Origin: Cyanophora paradoxa CCMP329
Taxonomy: Eukaryota; Plantae; Glaucophyta
Reading direction: 5' to 3'
Assembly: GCA_004431415.1 (NCBI GenBank)
Contig: QPMI01000022.1
Coordinates: forward strand, 1 to 64,000
Length of the DNA: 64,000 bases
Shown here: positions 11,223 through 22,972 of the stretch, one piece after another
How positions within the stretch are numbered: position 1 is the stretch's first letter
How the letters are laid out: every line of letters begins with the position of its first letter
Notes under the pieces: generated by a model
Seen by the model: the letters and a program-made list of their open reading frames with translations, nothing else
Database searches by the model: none
What the model was told of the DNA's origin: nothing
Made by a program: the position numbers and the translations under genes

Positions 11223-12068
11223 ATGAAAAGAATAACAATAAATTGCGACAGTAGAGACCTTGAAAACGGCGTGCTGCATTTGAAAACGCGCCTTAATAAT
11301 GTTCGACGATTTCGTGTGCTATCCGCTGAGATTCCAAATAGCTCTTATGTTGTTCCGCCCGATCAGACAATAACTATAACGCTTCTAAACGAAGAGCCCA
11401 CAGTAATCCCCGCATCCAAAATGATAGCACCGATTCCCAGCGTAAACGATTATTATTACGTCGATACTGATAACGAACGATACCCAAAAGAGAGAGCTCT
11501 AAACAGTGATGCTTTACTCGGATTTGCGGGCGGTTCTTTTGATCCGCTCGGTCTCTTCCCGGTTTCCTATTCTCTCGCTCTGTCTGCGAACCGCTTCGTG
11601 TTCTCATCTCCGAATAGCCCTTTTACATTAGAGTCCTCAGACCAGGAGTTCTGTGACTGTCTCGGCATAGAACCCGGAGTGGTTTACGCCAGCACACCAG
11701 AACCAGTGCCGGTTCCACTCAGAGATTACCCCAGTCGCTACGCGATTATATGCCCGAAAATGGTCGACTTTAATGCAATTCCATATATTTACCTTGATAT
11801 CGAAGAGCTCCGCCCGTTTACCAAATTCGCAGCGGTTACTGGGAGACAGAACAATTTCGACGACTCCTATCTATTGCGAATTCAGATGAACTCGGACTTT
11901 GGTAGATATTCCTTTTACCACGAACCGAGCGCAAGCATCCCTTTCGTAAATGTCACATCGCAACTCGATTTAGATCGTCTCACAATATCGCTTCGAAAAT
12001 GGCGGGGCTCTGTTGCGGATATAAACGGTCTCTCATTCTCGTTCCAGCTCGAAGTGATCACGGATTAA
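11223..12068 (+). CDS. Minor capsid (penton)-like protein 2
   Basis: DSRD...LNNVRRFRVLSAEIPN...YIYLDIEE...LDRLTISLRKWRGSVADINGLSFSFQLEV; paralogous to penton 1. Confidence 0.8.
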   Translation: MKRITINCDSRDLENGVLHLKTRLNNVRRFRVLSAEIPNSSYVVPPDQTITITLLNEEPTVIPASKMIAPIPSVNDYYYVDTDNERYPKERALNSDALLGFAGGSFDPLGLFPVSYSLALSANRFVFSSPNSPFTLESSDQEFCDCLGIEPGVVYASTPEPVPVPLRDYPSRYAIICPKMVDFNAIPYIYLDIEELRPFTKFAAVTGRQNNFDDSYLLRIQMNSDFGRYSFYHEPSASIPFVNVTSQLDLDRLTISLRKWRGSVADINGLSFSFQLEVITD

Positions 12069-12075
12069 GCGCTGT

Positions 12076-13569
12076 TCACACGTAGTAGCCCTCGAAATCA
12101 ATTCGGCATGCCGAAGCTACATTCGTAGTAAGCACCCAGATTACGAGTGTTCTCACAGATCTCGGGTTTGCTAAGAAATGTTCGTCGGGTTCTACACTTC
12201 CGGCTATTTGATTTGCATTGGTAAACACTCTCGTCGCGCCGGCTTCTGTGTATGTAACAAGCGCCGAAACTCCCGGAGTTAATTGGTAATCGATCTCAAA
12301 CGTTTTAATGTAGTTTCCATTCGCAGCCGGCTTCATTTTTATAGAGGAAAGCATAAACAGACGCGGAAAATCAATGCGTAAATAATTGCCTCCCGACCTA
12401 CTACCTTGCGGCGGGTTTGTAAATCCCACCCACCCCGTAGCATTTGACCAGCGGGCATTGGAGGCTGTGCCGAATTCCGCAATAAAGGCGCTATTATCGA
12501 GCGGCACCCAGTTAGACTCCGGGGGTGCGCTTACATCTGTGCACCCGGACAGATTAATAATGGGAACGTCTCCCTCTGATATATTCATCGTCAGCACTGA
12601 ATACATCGCATTAAAATACGTTTGCTGTGCGGAAACAAACGCGAGCGCTTCCGTTTCCAAATATTGCAGGTGCGTCGTTGTGATAGTATCGAGGGTCATT
12701 TTATCTTTCGGTAAAGGAACGCTCAGCTTATAGTAGCGATCGTAATTCTGATCATCGTTTCTGGGTAAAAGTTCCATTAGCTTTACGTGGGCGTTTAGAT
12801 CGCTCGACTCTAAGAACATGCTGAGAATTGGCGATCCTGTGGCGCTTAGCATCCATTGCACGATCCCCCAATTTTTCATGGTGTCATACGAATATCCCGC
12901 GGTTGCTTTATCGGCGTCTTGGACGTGACCCGCCGTAATCGAGACCACGATAAGCTCCTCCTCGCAAGAGTTTCCGAATAAAGTGCGGGCAAATGTGTAG
13001 CCGCAAACCCCGGGCGAATTATTTCCACTCATGCAACCATCGATTAAACAATATGTTCTTCCGGCGACTGTGACTTGTTTCGGCTCGAAATAGGTCGGAG
13101 CAGCCGAGGTAGCCCTTGCAGCATCGCGCACAAGCATCCCATTAATGTCTTCATCGTTGCTTGAAATAAAAACGGGGGACATTAAGATCGTGTCAAATGC
13201 AGTCACGATGGTTGGTTTATAGAGATCCGCCATGGTCGCTGAGCCGCAGAGTTCCAGAGCCACAGCTTCTAAGTTAGTTGCTTCGTACTTTGGGCGCTGT
13301 ACAATCGATGTAAGCACTCGTGGATTCGCGAAAATCAGCGGTAGTTTCGCTTTGTAGAGCGCCAGAATATCAGTAGCAGTATATTTAGGGGCGCCATCGG
13401 TTCCCTTGATATTCAAAAGGAGCGCGATTAATCCACCTGTGGATGTTCCCGCAAAGCAGTCGAATAGCTGTTGGATTCGTTTACCGGTTTGGGCTTCAAT
13501 CTGTGCCAGTATAGCAGCCTCGATTATTCCACGCGACCCTCCACCACTCAGACATAAAACGGTCTTCAT
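12076..13569 (-). CDS. Patatin-like phospholipase with C-terminal discoidin (F5/8 type C)-like domain
   Basis: LSGGGSRG, GTSTG, ATSAAPTYF and IDGC motifs. C-terminal WVG...YLRIDF...YIKTFEIDY...RTLVIW...RIDFEG. Confidence 0.88.
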   Translation of the reverse strand: MKTVLCLSGGGSRGIIEAAILAQIEAQTGKRIQQLFDCFAGTSTGGLIALLLNIKGTDGAPKYTATDILALYKAKLPLIFANPRVLTSIVQRPKYEATNLEAVALELCGSATMADLYKPTIVTAFDTILMSPVFISSNDEDINGMLVRDAARATSAAPTYFEPKQVTVAGRTYCLIDGCMSGNNSPGVCGYTFARTLFGNSCEEELIVVSITAGHVQDADKATAGYSYDTMKNWGIVQWMLSATGSPILSMFLESSDLNAHVKLMELLPRNDDQNYDRYYKLSVPLPKDKMTLDTITTTHLQYLETEALAFVSAQQTYFNAMYSVLTMNISEGDVPIINLSGCTDVSAPPESNWVPLDNSAFIAEFGTASNARWSNATGWVGFTNPPQGSRSGGNYLRIDFPRLFMLSSIKMKPAANGNYIKTFEIDYQLTPGVSALVTYTEAGATRVFTNANQIAGSVEPDEHFLANPRSVRTLVIWVLTTNVASACRIDFEGYYV

Positions 13570-13612
13570 TATCTTATATACTTCTTATATATCTTCTTTG
13601 TTTATAAAGAGG

Positions 13613-16600
13613 ATGTCGTTCCTGAATCCGCGACCAGATGCACGAGTTATTAATTCGACCACTCAGATAGAGGACACTGATCAGGTAAACACTGAAATTC
13701 GCGGGTCTCTGAGAATAAATTACAATGCAGACCGCGAAGATCCAGTCAGTGGGACACCGAGCAGACCCGCAGCTTTGCAGTTAATGAACGTCGAGAAAGG
13801 GGATCATAAACTTGGAATCGACTTTTTACTTGATGATAACGAACGAAACAGAGTCGCCAGCATTCAGGCAACCCGCCAGCTACCGAAAACGGTGCGATAT
13901 AATCGCAGGAACATCCCAAAAGCATTCGATAGAGGTCGCTTAAACTTCTTCATTCAAGATGAGAGCGGTTTCCAAAATGCAGCTATGAGAATCGTGGATA
14001 ATAGCACACTTATAGCGGGAGTATCCACACGGAAAACAAAGGTAGAGGTCGTCCATGATCTCTCAGCAGGTAATCTTACGACGAGTAACATTACAGCAAG
14101 TAACATCACTACGGATACCCTAAATGTAAACTCGCTCAACTCCGAGTCGTTTTTCGCCACCAATGTCGCAACCTGTAACCTAAACATCGAATCCTTTGTG
14201 ATTCAGAAGAGCGAATCGGTTCCCAGATAACAGAGGGTGTTTTCACATTAGACCCCGCGAAACCGACCTTAGAAATTGTCGAAAATGGGAACGTTGTGGA
14301 TATAATTGGCGCCAATGCTCCGAATGTGAGATCCTTAGCACTTGATAAAACGACTATATCATTTGCAGAGGAGATTCCGGCTTTTACCACAGAGAAACAG
14401 GCACTGAGAACAGATCATGTTTACATTACCAGAGACAATATAAACGATCTTTTAGGCAAGGACATCGTAAAGGCGTTTTTGGAGTTCGAGAGGAGCAAGA
14501 ACACCAAAGATTCCAGCCAGGATGGAACCCTCACGACCCACACAACCGAGATCGCGGCTTTGCAGTCCGAAATTAATGCACTGTTTGCAGCAGATGGAGC
14601 GCTTGCAATTACCTTAGCCCATATTCTATCGAAAAGGAACATTTACCCCGCGACTGATAACACATACCGAGTTGGTTTATCGAATCTGAGATGGTCAGAG
14701 GTGCATGGAGTTTCCATGTTTGCCTCCAATTTAATCCTTCCATTAAATCACTCACTCCGACCTAATCAGATTCTTACCAATGGTAATGCACTGATCAGCT
14801 ACACCGACTATAATAGTAACCTTTCCCGCTCAGTTTCGCGAACTGAGACCTACACTGTCGAGGGATACCCTCAGCAGCTCGCAAATGGGGTCTATGTCGC
14901 TTATGTAGGCAAACCTACATATACATTCACTTGGGATCAGTTGGGTGTCACAGGTTTCGAGACGAATATACCCACTGTTTCATTGGTGGATCACACTACT
15001 TATTATAATCCTATCTATAACAATAATGAATCTAATAAAGCATTTATCCAAAATGTCACCTCCACAGGGTTTCAGGTTTCGTTTGTCATTAACGAGACAT
15101 ACAATTTACTTATCATCCGAAACAACTCATTGAGTTCCGAAGCTACTATTAGTTTCACTCTTAACATCAATTACATTAGCCCTGTATTCGATAGCAAACC
15201 CAGAGTAAAGGTTTACCGAGATTTACAAGGTAGCAATATCGTGCCCTTCTCACAGAATTTCGATCTTGGGGCGAATTCTTTAAGGTGGAACACAGTTTAC
15301 TCTTTGAGTGCAAACACCTGTAATATTGTAGTCGCAGGTTCATCGGCTACTATTGGAGATCTGACCGCGCCTTTTAGAAAGGAGTATCTTAAAGAGCTGT
15401 ATATAACAAAGTCTGATTTACCAGATGCTATTTCGTTGGTACTCTCCCCGACTCCCAGCATATCATACCACAATGTGAAAGACACAAGTAATGTAGTGCA
15501 GAGTGGAAGCAAAGTATTCCAGGCATCCGAAATAGGATCGGTCTCATATAGATATCTTGCAGGGGTTCCAGCGAATTTTAATTTCACATTTGAGACACCA
15601 TTTGTTTCCCCTCCTACTATTGAAATAACAGACACGAATTTGTATGTGGTCAATGATGGGTCAGCTACATCACTTCAAAATGCACCAGCCGGCTACTCCC
15701 CATTTGTTGCAACTAACATAACAACCACCGGCTTTACACTTGTAGGAAATGCAACAGTGACATATGCTCTAACATCATACCCTGTTGGGTTGTATTTTTC
15801 GAAATTTAATCTCTCTGTTATCCCAGCAGTGTCCCTTGCTCCTCCCTTTACTATCAGTTGGAAGGCAACAGGAACTATTCCGCGATTTGACCCCGAAGAT
15901 CGATTAAAAATAAGGTATCCTCTCGATGTTACAGACATTCACACTACGAGGATCAATGGGCAGAATTTCGTGTTTAATGGAACCAATGCTACTCTGATCG
16001 ATAATCGAGTAACGAATAATTACTTTTTCGATTCTCGATACATTAATACTTGCAACATTGTCATACATAAAACGTTTGAGGATCGCAGTAAGACCTTAAC
16101 AGTCACCTTGCCCACTCACTCGAATGTCTCAGATGGATTTTACTATTATCTGTTAAATCGCTATTACACCTCTTATATTCCATATCCTTCTGAGACTGTC
16201 AGCATGAGCTATCCCAAAGTCACCCTAACATCGACCAATGCTGACTTCTTTGGATCCACAGACTTCATGAGAGACTTCTTTTATTTTACATCCTCCACAG
16301 ATGGTCTCTTAGTTTATTACTCTTACAAATATGAGTCTATTGCTACCCAAATCGAAAGCCACCCAAACACTGATGTGATCACAGCAGGCGATAAGAAATA
16401 TATAAAAACCGCTTCCCCATGGGTTTGCACTGTCCGGCTCGATGACAGATACACTCCTAACCTAAATAACATTGGATTGCACTCGACATGCAATATTTAT
16501 GTGCAAGGTGCGATTTCGGCTTCGAAGTACTTTGAGGGTGGAAATTGTGATACAGGACATAGGTTGCTATCGCGAAATGGACTCTTTGAGTCATTCAGTG

Positions 16601-17325
16601 GGACGGCTCTACCGCCTTTTATCAGGGACACAGTCTATGATACCACATGCAATATTTGGGTGTGTCGATCTGTGAGCAATCCACCTGTGACACAGGAATT
16701 ATACAAGTATCTCGCAGATACCTATGGTGCAATCTCAGGATCCTCCACAGGAAATCCAGCGACGGCTCCTATCGTGTTTGCGAATGCATACACAGCGCCA
16801 ACCTCATTAGCAGGGTCGACGGAACCGCCCCCAGATTCAGATCCTAACTTGCCTCCTGATGAGTCAGACCCACAGACCCCACCTACCACTGATCCTACAA
16901 CACCTAATAATCCCACAAATCCTACGAATCCAGTCGGAGCACCGGGAACTGATCCAGGAACGTTAGTGCTTATGATTCTCTTGCCGATTCTCGGTGCTCT
17001 TGGGCTTGTGCTTGCATACAAATTCCGAGCTTTGTGTTGTGCATGCATAGACAGAACCATTGCAGGAGCAGGTAATAAATACTCCACACCTGAGCTGAAT
17101 GTGACCCAAACAGCCGAAGGAGATGTGGGCTTAGAGGTGAGGTCAGCCGAGGGGCATGGTCTTAGTGTTGTGAGAACTGATCAACCACCAGCAAGTAGGG
17201 CAGCACCCAAAAAATCGCGAGCAGAACGAATGGCTGAATCAATAATAAAAGATAATGCAGACTTTATGGCGGAAATGGCACAGCGAGAAGGGAGAATATA
17301 TGAACATGTTCCAAATGTTATGTAG
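13613..17325 (+). CDS. Large fibre/adhesin-like protein with C-terminal transmembrane helix (one frameshift at ~14,180)
   Basis: MSFLNPRPD ORF joins the 1,009-aa ORF by a 1-nt shift. Repeated TCNI/TSNI, PATDNTYRVG...RW and FTFETPFVSPP motifs, a P/T/N linker, then LVLMILLPILGALGLVLAY (~16,963-17,019). Confidence 0.72.
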
Positions 17326-17363
17326 CGACCCTAATTTTTGTATTATGCCATAATAGAGAAATA

Positions 17364-20300
17364 ATGACGGAACCCATAGTAGAAACGACAATAAAGAATG
17401 CTGTATTGGATAATAATTTTTATATAACCCACGCCAATATACCCAGTGAATCCAATGACCTGATAGTAGATCTAAAAGGGTATGTGATGGGAGCTATGGC
17501 TTCCAACCTGTGGAATGACATTTTTGGTTACGAGTTTGGTCACATATATGACATAGCAAATGGGATTGGCTATGTGGATGCAATGGCAGGAACAGCCTTT
17601 CGAAATCTAAATTGCAACTGTGTGGGAGGGTGGATGTTTCAGATCTGTTCAAATGTCGATCCTACTATTGATCCAGCTACTGTGACCTTTGATTGCAATC
17701 TATTCGCCCCTAAAACCATTTTCTCCATCACTTGCAACCTTGTATGTTCAGATGTGCCCATTGTGGCACCTATAATTGGGGCAAGTAACATTTATATACA
17801 AAAAATGCCTGTGGCTACTCAAAACTTTGTTTCGTCTAACTATCTATCTCTTGTTGGTGGGACAATCACAGGAAACCTTACAGTAAATAGTAATATTTAC
17901 AGTAGCAATATAGAGACCAGTAACCTAAAAGTGAATGGAATTCTTACAGTTGGTTCATATGCGTTTACTACATTGCAAGAGTTGAACAAAGATTACTACC
18001 AAATAACAGCCAGCAATGATCCAGCTTCAAATATTCCCAATTGCATTTTTGCATGGAAAGCATCAGGAACAGAAGGTCAAAGTGCAGGTTCTACACTTCT
18101 TTATAATAGAGTATCAAGTTCGATCCCATCGCTCACGGTGAGCGCCACAGGCAACCCTTTTATGCTTCCAATATATCTACAAATAATCAGATGAGTTTAA
18201 CATGCGCTTTGAATACCTCAGTCACAGCATCTTCAATAGTCAATGGTAGAATAATAGATTGGTCGCAAGGTTTGACATATTTCTATGTGGGTAGATACCA
18301 TCCCACAAACAGTTTATCACATGCTCACATAGATATTTCAAAGACAGTTACTCCTTCGAGAATTATTAAATATGGAGCGAGATTCTCCACCACATTAGGG
18401 ACAACTGATTTCATCATTAATGGGGTCAATCAGACTCAAATGGCTTTTACAATTCCTTCTCTGATTAATAAATGGTATTATGCAGATCAAACACTTACAT
18501 CAGACAGCTATTCAGTTGGATTAAATGGTGTCGATATTGGGACTGTTACAGGAGTAAATTACTTACCTGATTCAACAGTGACTACTTTTAGAATCGGAAC
18601 CCTTTTTAGCGGTAGTGTTAGTGAAGTTATTGTTTTCAACAGAGCATTAACCACAGCAGAAAGGCAACAAGTAAGGTATTACATTCAACAAATGTATGGA
18701 TTCCCAATTACTCAACCTCTGACCATTTACAGAGGTTTAAAGATCACATCACCCGAAACAGTAATTGATTATCTCACAGTAACAAGTAATGCAAATTTAC
18801 CACATCATCCAACGTCGAATGTGGTTCAAGGTTGGATACAAAACCACACACACACGAAAGCGCAAATTACAGATTTCGCCCATACTCACACCAAAGATCA
18901 GATCACAGATTTTGCCCATACTCACACCAAAGATCAGATCACAGATTTTGCCCATACTCACACCAAAGATCAGATCACAGATTTTGCCCATACTCACACC
19001 AAAGATCAGATCACAGATTTTGCCCATACTCACACAAAAGATCAGATCACAGATTTTGCCCATACTCACACCAAAGATCAGATCACAGATTTTGCCCATA
19101 CTCACACAAAAGATCAGATCACAGATTTTGCCCATACTCACACAAAAGATCAAATAACAGATTTCGCCCATACTCATTTATGGGAGCATATCACAAATCC
19201 TCCCTTAACCTTCCCACCTGATTCACATACTCATGATTATTCTGAAATTACAAACTCTAACCACAGGCACCCATGGAGCGAAATAGATGAGCAACCAAAA
19301 TTCGCATCAGCAGGAAATTTATTAACAGATTTCCAATTTGGTGTAAGTCTCTACCAAAAGATAGACATTGCCGAAAGGTTACAATTAAATGACTATTACG
19401 TTAATCGAAAAGGAATTGAAGCAGGCACCACAATGGATGGCGAATTATACATTAAACAACCTTCAAGATCTCAAATGGTTTCAGCAGGTGGGGTGGGGGT
19501 TATAGACACCAAACCAGGAATCTTTTTGACAAGTTATTATAATGATGATATCCCATTAACAGCAGGTTTACCACCACTTCCATTAGATCCTGTGAGTTAT
19601 GATGATAAAGACGCCATCTTACAAGTGAATGTTACAGATGTAAGCGCAACCGATGGATCAAGACCGAAAATAATATTTAGTCGCTCCAAATTCAATTACG
19701 CACCTCTTGCAGGACAACCAAAAGATGATTTCGGGAAATGTGAGATGGCGTGGATCAAAACAACAACAGGTGGCGCCTTAGAAGTCAATCAGAGAATGGC
19801 GGCGAAAAACTTACACAATGAAACCCTTTCGGGTGTTGTAACAGATGATTACCTTGAAAGCAAAAATTATGTAGATGATACAGAACTTGCAAATATCCTC
19901 GAAAACTACGTGACAAAACCAGAACTTGATGTATATGTGACTGAACCTGAACTTAACTTAGCACTATCAAATTACCTCCCTCTCAAAGGTGGAACCATCG
20001 CCAGCAACTTGGTGGTGACAAGCAACCTTACTGTGGGTGGAAAGATTAAAATGGGAACCAATAGCTATTTAGAATCTTTCAGTGAAACGTATTATAGAGT
20101 TACAGCAAGCAGTGACCCAGCTTCACAAATTCCGAATTGTCTTTTTGCATGGAAAGCATCAGGTGTTCATGGTGAATCGGCAGCCACTTCCAATCTTTTT
20201 AATAGAGTCCCAAATTCTTTGATTCCATCAATTAACGTGGGTTCGGGAACCAGTTCGTATTTTACATCAAATGCAGCAATCAACAACCAATTCACTATAA

Positions 20301-22243
20301 CAACTCCTTCCGGAACCAGTATGTCCGCATTTTCCTATCCAAATGTAACAATTGATTGGTCATCAGGACTCACATACTTTGTAATAGGTAAATACCACCA
20401 AACATCCTCTGTTGTTGATCATCATTTACGAATATGGAAGACAGATTTATCAAACAGAAGTGTTCAGTTTGGTGTTAAGTCGAATACAATAATTGGAATG
20501 ACAAGTTTTGCAATAGAGGGAGTCCAACAACCAACCCCTTCTATCACAGTTCCCTCTTTGATCAATAAATGGTATTACATAGACCAAACAATCACTTCTG
20601 ATTCTTATTCGGTAGGTTTGAATGGTGTAGATATCCAAACTGTTACAGGGACTAACTATTTACCTGATTCCATAGTAAACTTTTTTGGATTTGGACAAAT
20701 TGTTGGAGGTAGTATTGCTGAAATTATAGTATTCAACAGAGCATTGACAAATGATGAAAAACGTGATGTGAGGTATTATATTCAACAAATGTATGGCTTC
20801 CCAAATACTCAACCAATCTTAACTCGGGAAATTCTTAATATTGTAGGAAAAGACAGATTAACTCTTAGCAACTTGCACATGCCCATACACACTCACACAA
20901 AATCACAAATAACAGATTTTGACCACACACATTCACGATTACAGATACCCGATTTTGCACATCTTCACACAAAAGATGAGATTTCAGATTTCGCCCATAC
21001 TCACACAAGAGATCAAATAACAAATTTCGCCCACTCTCATTTATGGGCGGAGATCACAGACAAACCAACATTTGCTACTGTTGCAACAAGTGGAAATTAT
21101 GATGATTTAATTAATAAACCAACATTCTCTACTCCTACTGACTTTGATGCTATAAGTGTTCTTGGCGATTATTTTTTGAAATCCGCTGATTGGACAAATG
21201 AATCATATATAAGTTACTACACGGGAGCATACACAGCAGCTCAAAATGATTTAGTATGTAATAGCTACATGTATTGGGATATTCCAACAGGAATGAAAAC
21301 ATGCTACATTTTTTATATAGCGCACTTCAACTGTCGATATTTTGACATTAAAGGGTTTAATATAAATGAAGGTTTTCAAACCACAATGCGAGTAAATGCA
21401 TATGCACAATCATACAACTTAAATACATTCAGGCTATATGTTGCTGTAAATTGCGAGATGTTCACAAAAATTGGTGTTCAAGGTGTTTTAGGAAGAATAT
21501 ACTTACTTGGTATTATTGGTTGGAGCAAAAACCCAGCTTCGTCAGGAAATAGCGGTTATCTCCATTGGGATAATATCTATGGAAAACCAACAGCTACTAA
21601 CACAGTTGGCGCACACAGTCATTCAAAGACCGATATTACAGATTTTGCCCATACTCACACAAAATCGGAGATCACAGATTTCCCAACCTTAGACCCGTTT
21701 GTAGCCAATACGATCACAGGTAACACAATTACAGCCAACAATACCATGTATGTGGGATCCGGTCAAATTTACCAACCGAATGCACCTCTTTATTTAGAAC
21801 AATGGTTTTTCCACAATTCCACAAATATATACGATAAAACGTTATTATGTCGGGGAAATGCTTACGCAAGAGCATATTATGCAATGGATGAAACAGATAA
21901 TACAAAGATCGCAAAACTTGTTTCAGAACAACGGGTCAATAAAGACCAGTATATTCAAACAGGGAGTTTCTCAAAATCTTTAACAATCACAGGTCCAGGT
22001 CATTGGGGATTTCCACAGGTTGTCACATTCCCAAAAGCATTTGCGGCAGCCCCAGAAGTGGTTCTCAATCTTAAACAAGGGTATAATGGTGGTTCATATG
22101 TATTGGTATATGGTGTCACAAGTTCCACAACAACAACATTTACTATTCATGCAACAATTTCGGCAAATAGAGAATACAATGAAAGCATTGGACTTTTCCA
22201 CTATCAAATGAGTTATATTGCAACAGGAAAGATGGTAGCATAA
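17364..22243 (+). CDS. Tail-fibre-like protein with two LamG-like domains and HTH(T)K..ITDF repeats (one frameshift at ~18,158)
   Basis: ORFs 17,364-18,194 and 18,191-22,243 join by adding one T; the joined region aligns with the internal second copy (YY..TAS.DPAS.IPNC.FAWKASG...EVIVFNRALT..E...VRYYIQQMYG). Also FATVATSGNYDDLINKP and a C-terminal VTFPKAFAAAPEV domain. Confidence 0.8.
18842..19177 (+). repeat. Coding 36-bp tandem repeat (AHTHTKDQITDF x8 plus a variant and a partial copy)
   Basis: gcccatactcacaccaaagatcagatcacagatttt repeated with an exact 36-nt period. Confidence 0.97.
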
Positions 22244-22349
22244 ATCATGCATAAGAAAGGCATGTATCTTGCATAGTGGGCGGGGCGCGAGTGGTTCCAG
22301 TTGCGATTAATCGTGGTCTATCGTCGTACTTCGTCGTAAATATGCTAAT

Positions 22350-22463
22350 CGTACATTTCGACTCGATTGAAGTACATTTCGATTCGTACATTTCGATTGA
22401 AGTACATTTCGATTCGTACATTTCGATTGAAGTACATTTCGATTCGTACATTTCGATTGAAGT
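22350..22463. repeat. Subterminal 30-bp tandem repeat (gtacatttcgattc + gtacatttcgattgaa)
   Basis: Three full units plus a partial, lying non-coding between the last viral gene and the host junction. Confidence 0.95.
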
Positions 22464-22972
22464 CGCGAGTGTGTGCAGGTGGGCATTTTTGGCAGCACAA
22501 ACTTGCGAACGCAATCGATCTCGTACTTATCATCGTACTCTCTCAGTGGGGTTCACCTCGGTTTTCTTTTTGGATTACTGAAAACAGTCCGGCAACGATC
22601 GGGAACATTTCGTAATAATGGGGTCTTACTGTGCCTTACTGAGAGATCGGGGGACGGGATTATGGCTTACTGAGAATGGTAAGGGATCGGAGAGAAGATG
22701 AAATGTAGATTTTCGTGATTGGTTTCAGTAAGGAGGGGTTAGATGTTTGAAAAATACAGTGTGGCTCAGTGCGAATTACAGCGATTTTATTAATTTGTGA
22801 CTGAGAATAAAGAATGTTTTATACTTGCTCACTGAAATAGGTCGGCGGGAATTAGTGGGGTTCACCTGCAAGCGAGCCGCGCGGGTCGCGATCTGGCTCA
22901 CCGCGCCCCCGGCCGCGCCGCCGCATATGCATGACCAACCATTTTTTTTGTTTGGTGAATTACCGGCCACAG

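Larger units (their letters stand above)
1..22867. mobile_element. Endogenous Polinton-like virus / Maverick-type element (left part beyond window)
   Basis: Intronless, closely packed ORFs in DNA visibly AT-richer than the flank. Contains rve integrase, PolB, A32-like ATPase, DJR capsid and penton-like genes. Abrupt switch to GC-rich intron-containing DNA at ~22,868. Confidence 0.92.

Noticed and set aside
18842-19177. 36-bp repeats as CRISPR or a non-coding array
   Set aside because: In-frame coding repeat without spacers.
17990-20820. Diversity-generating retroelement TR/VR pair (two LamG-like copies)
   Set aside because: Differences are not adenine-specific and are largely synonymous or ordinary; no reverse transcriptase is present.
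22350-22463. CRISPR-like array
   Set aside because: Head-to-tail units with no unique spacers and no cas genes; eukaryotic viral context.
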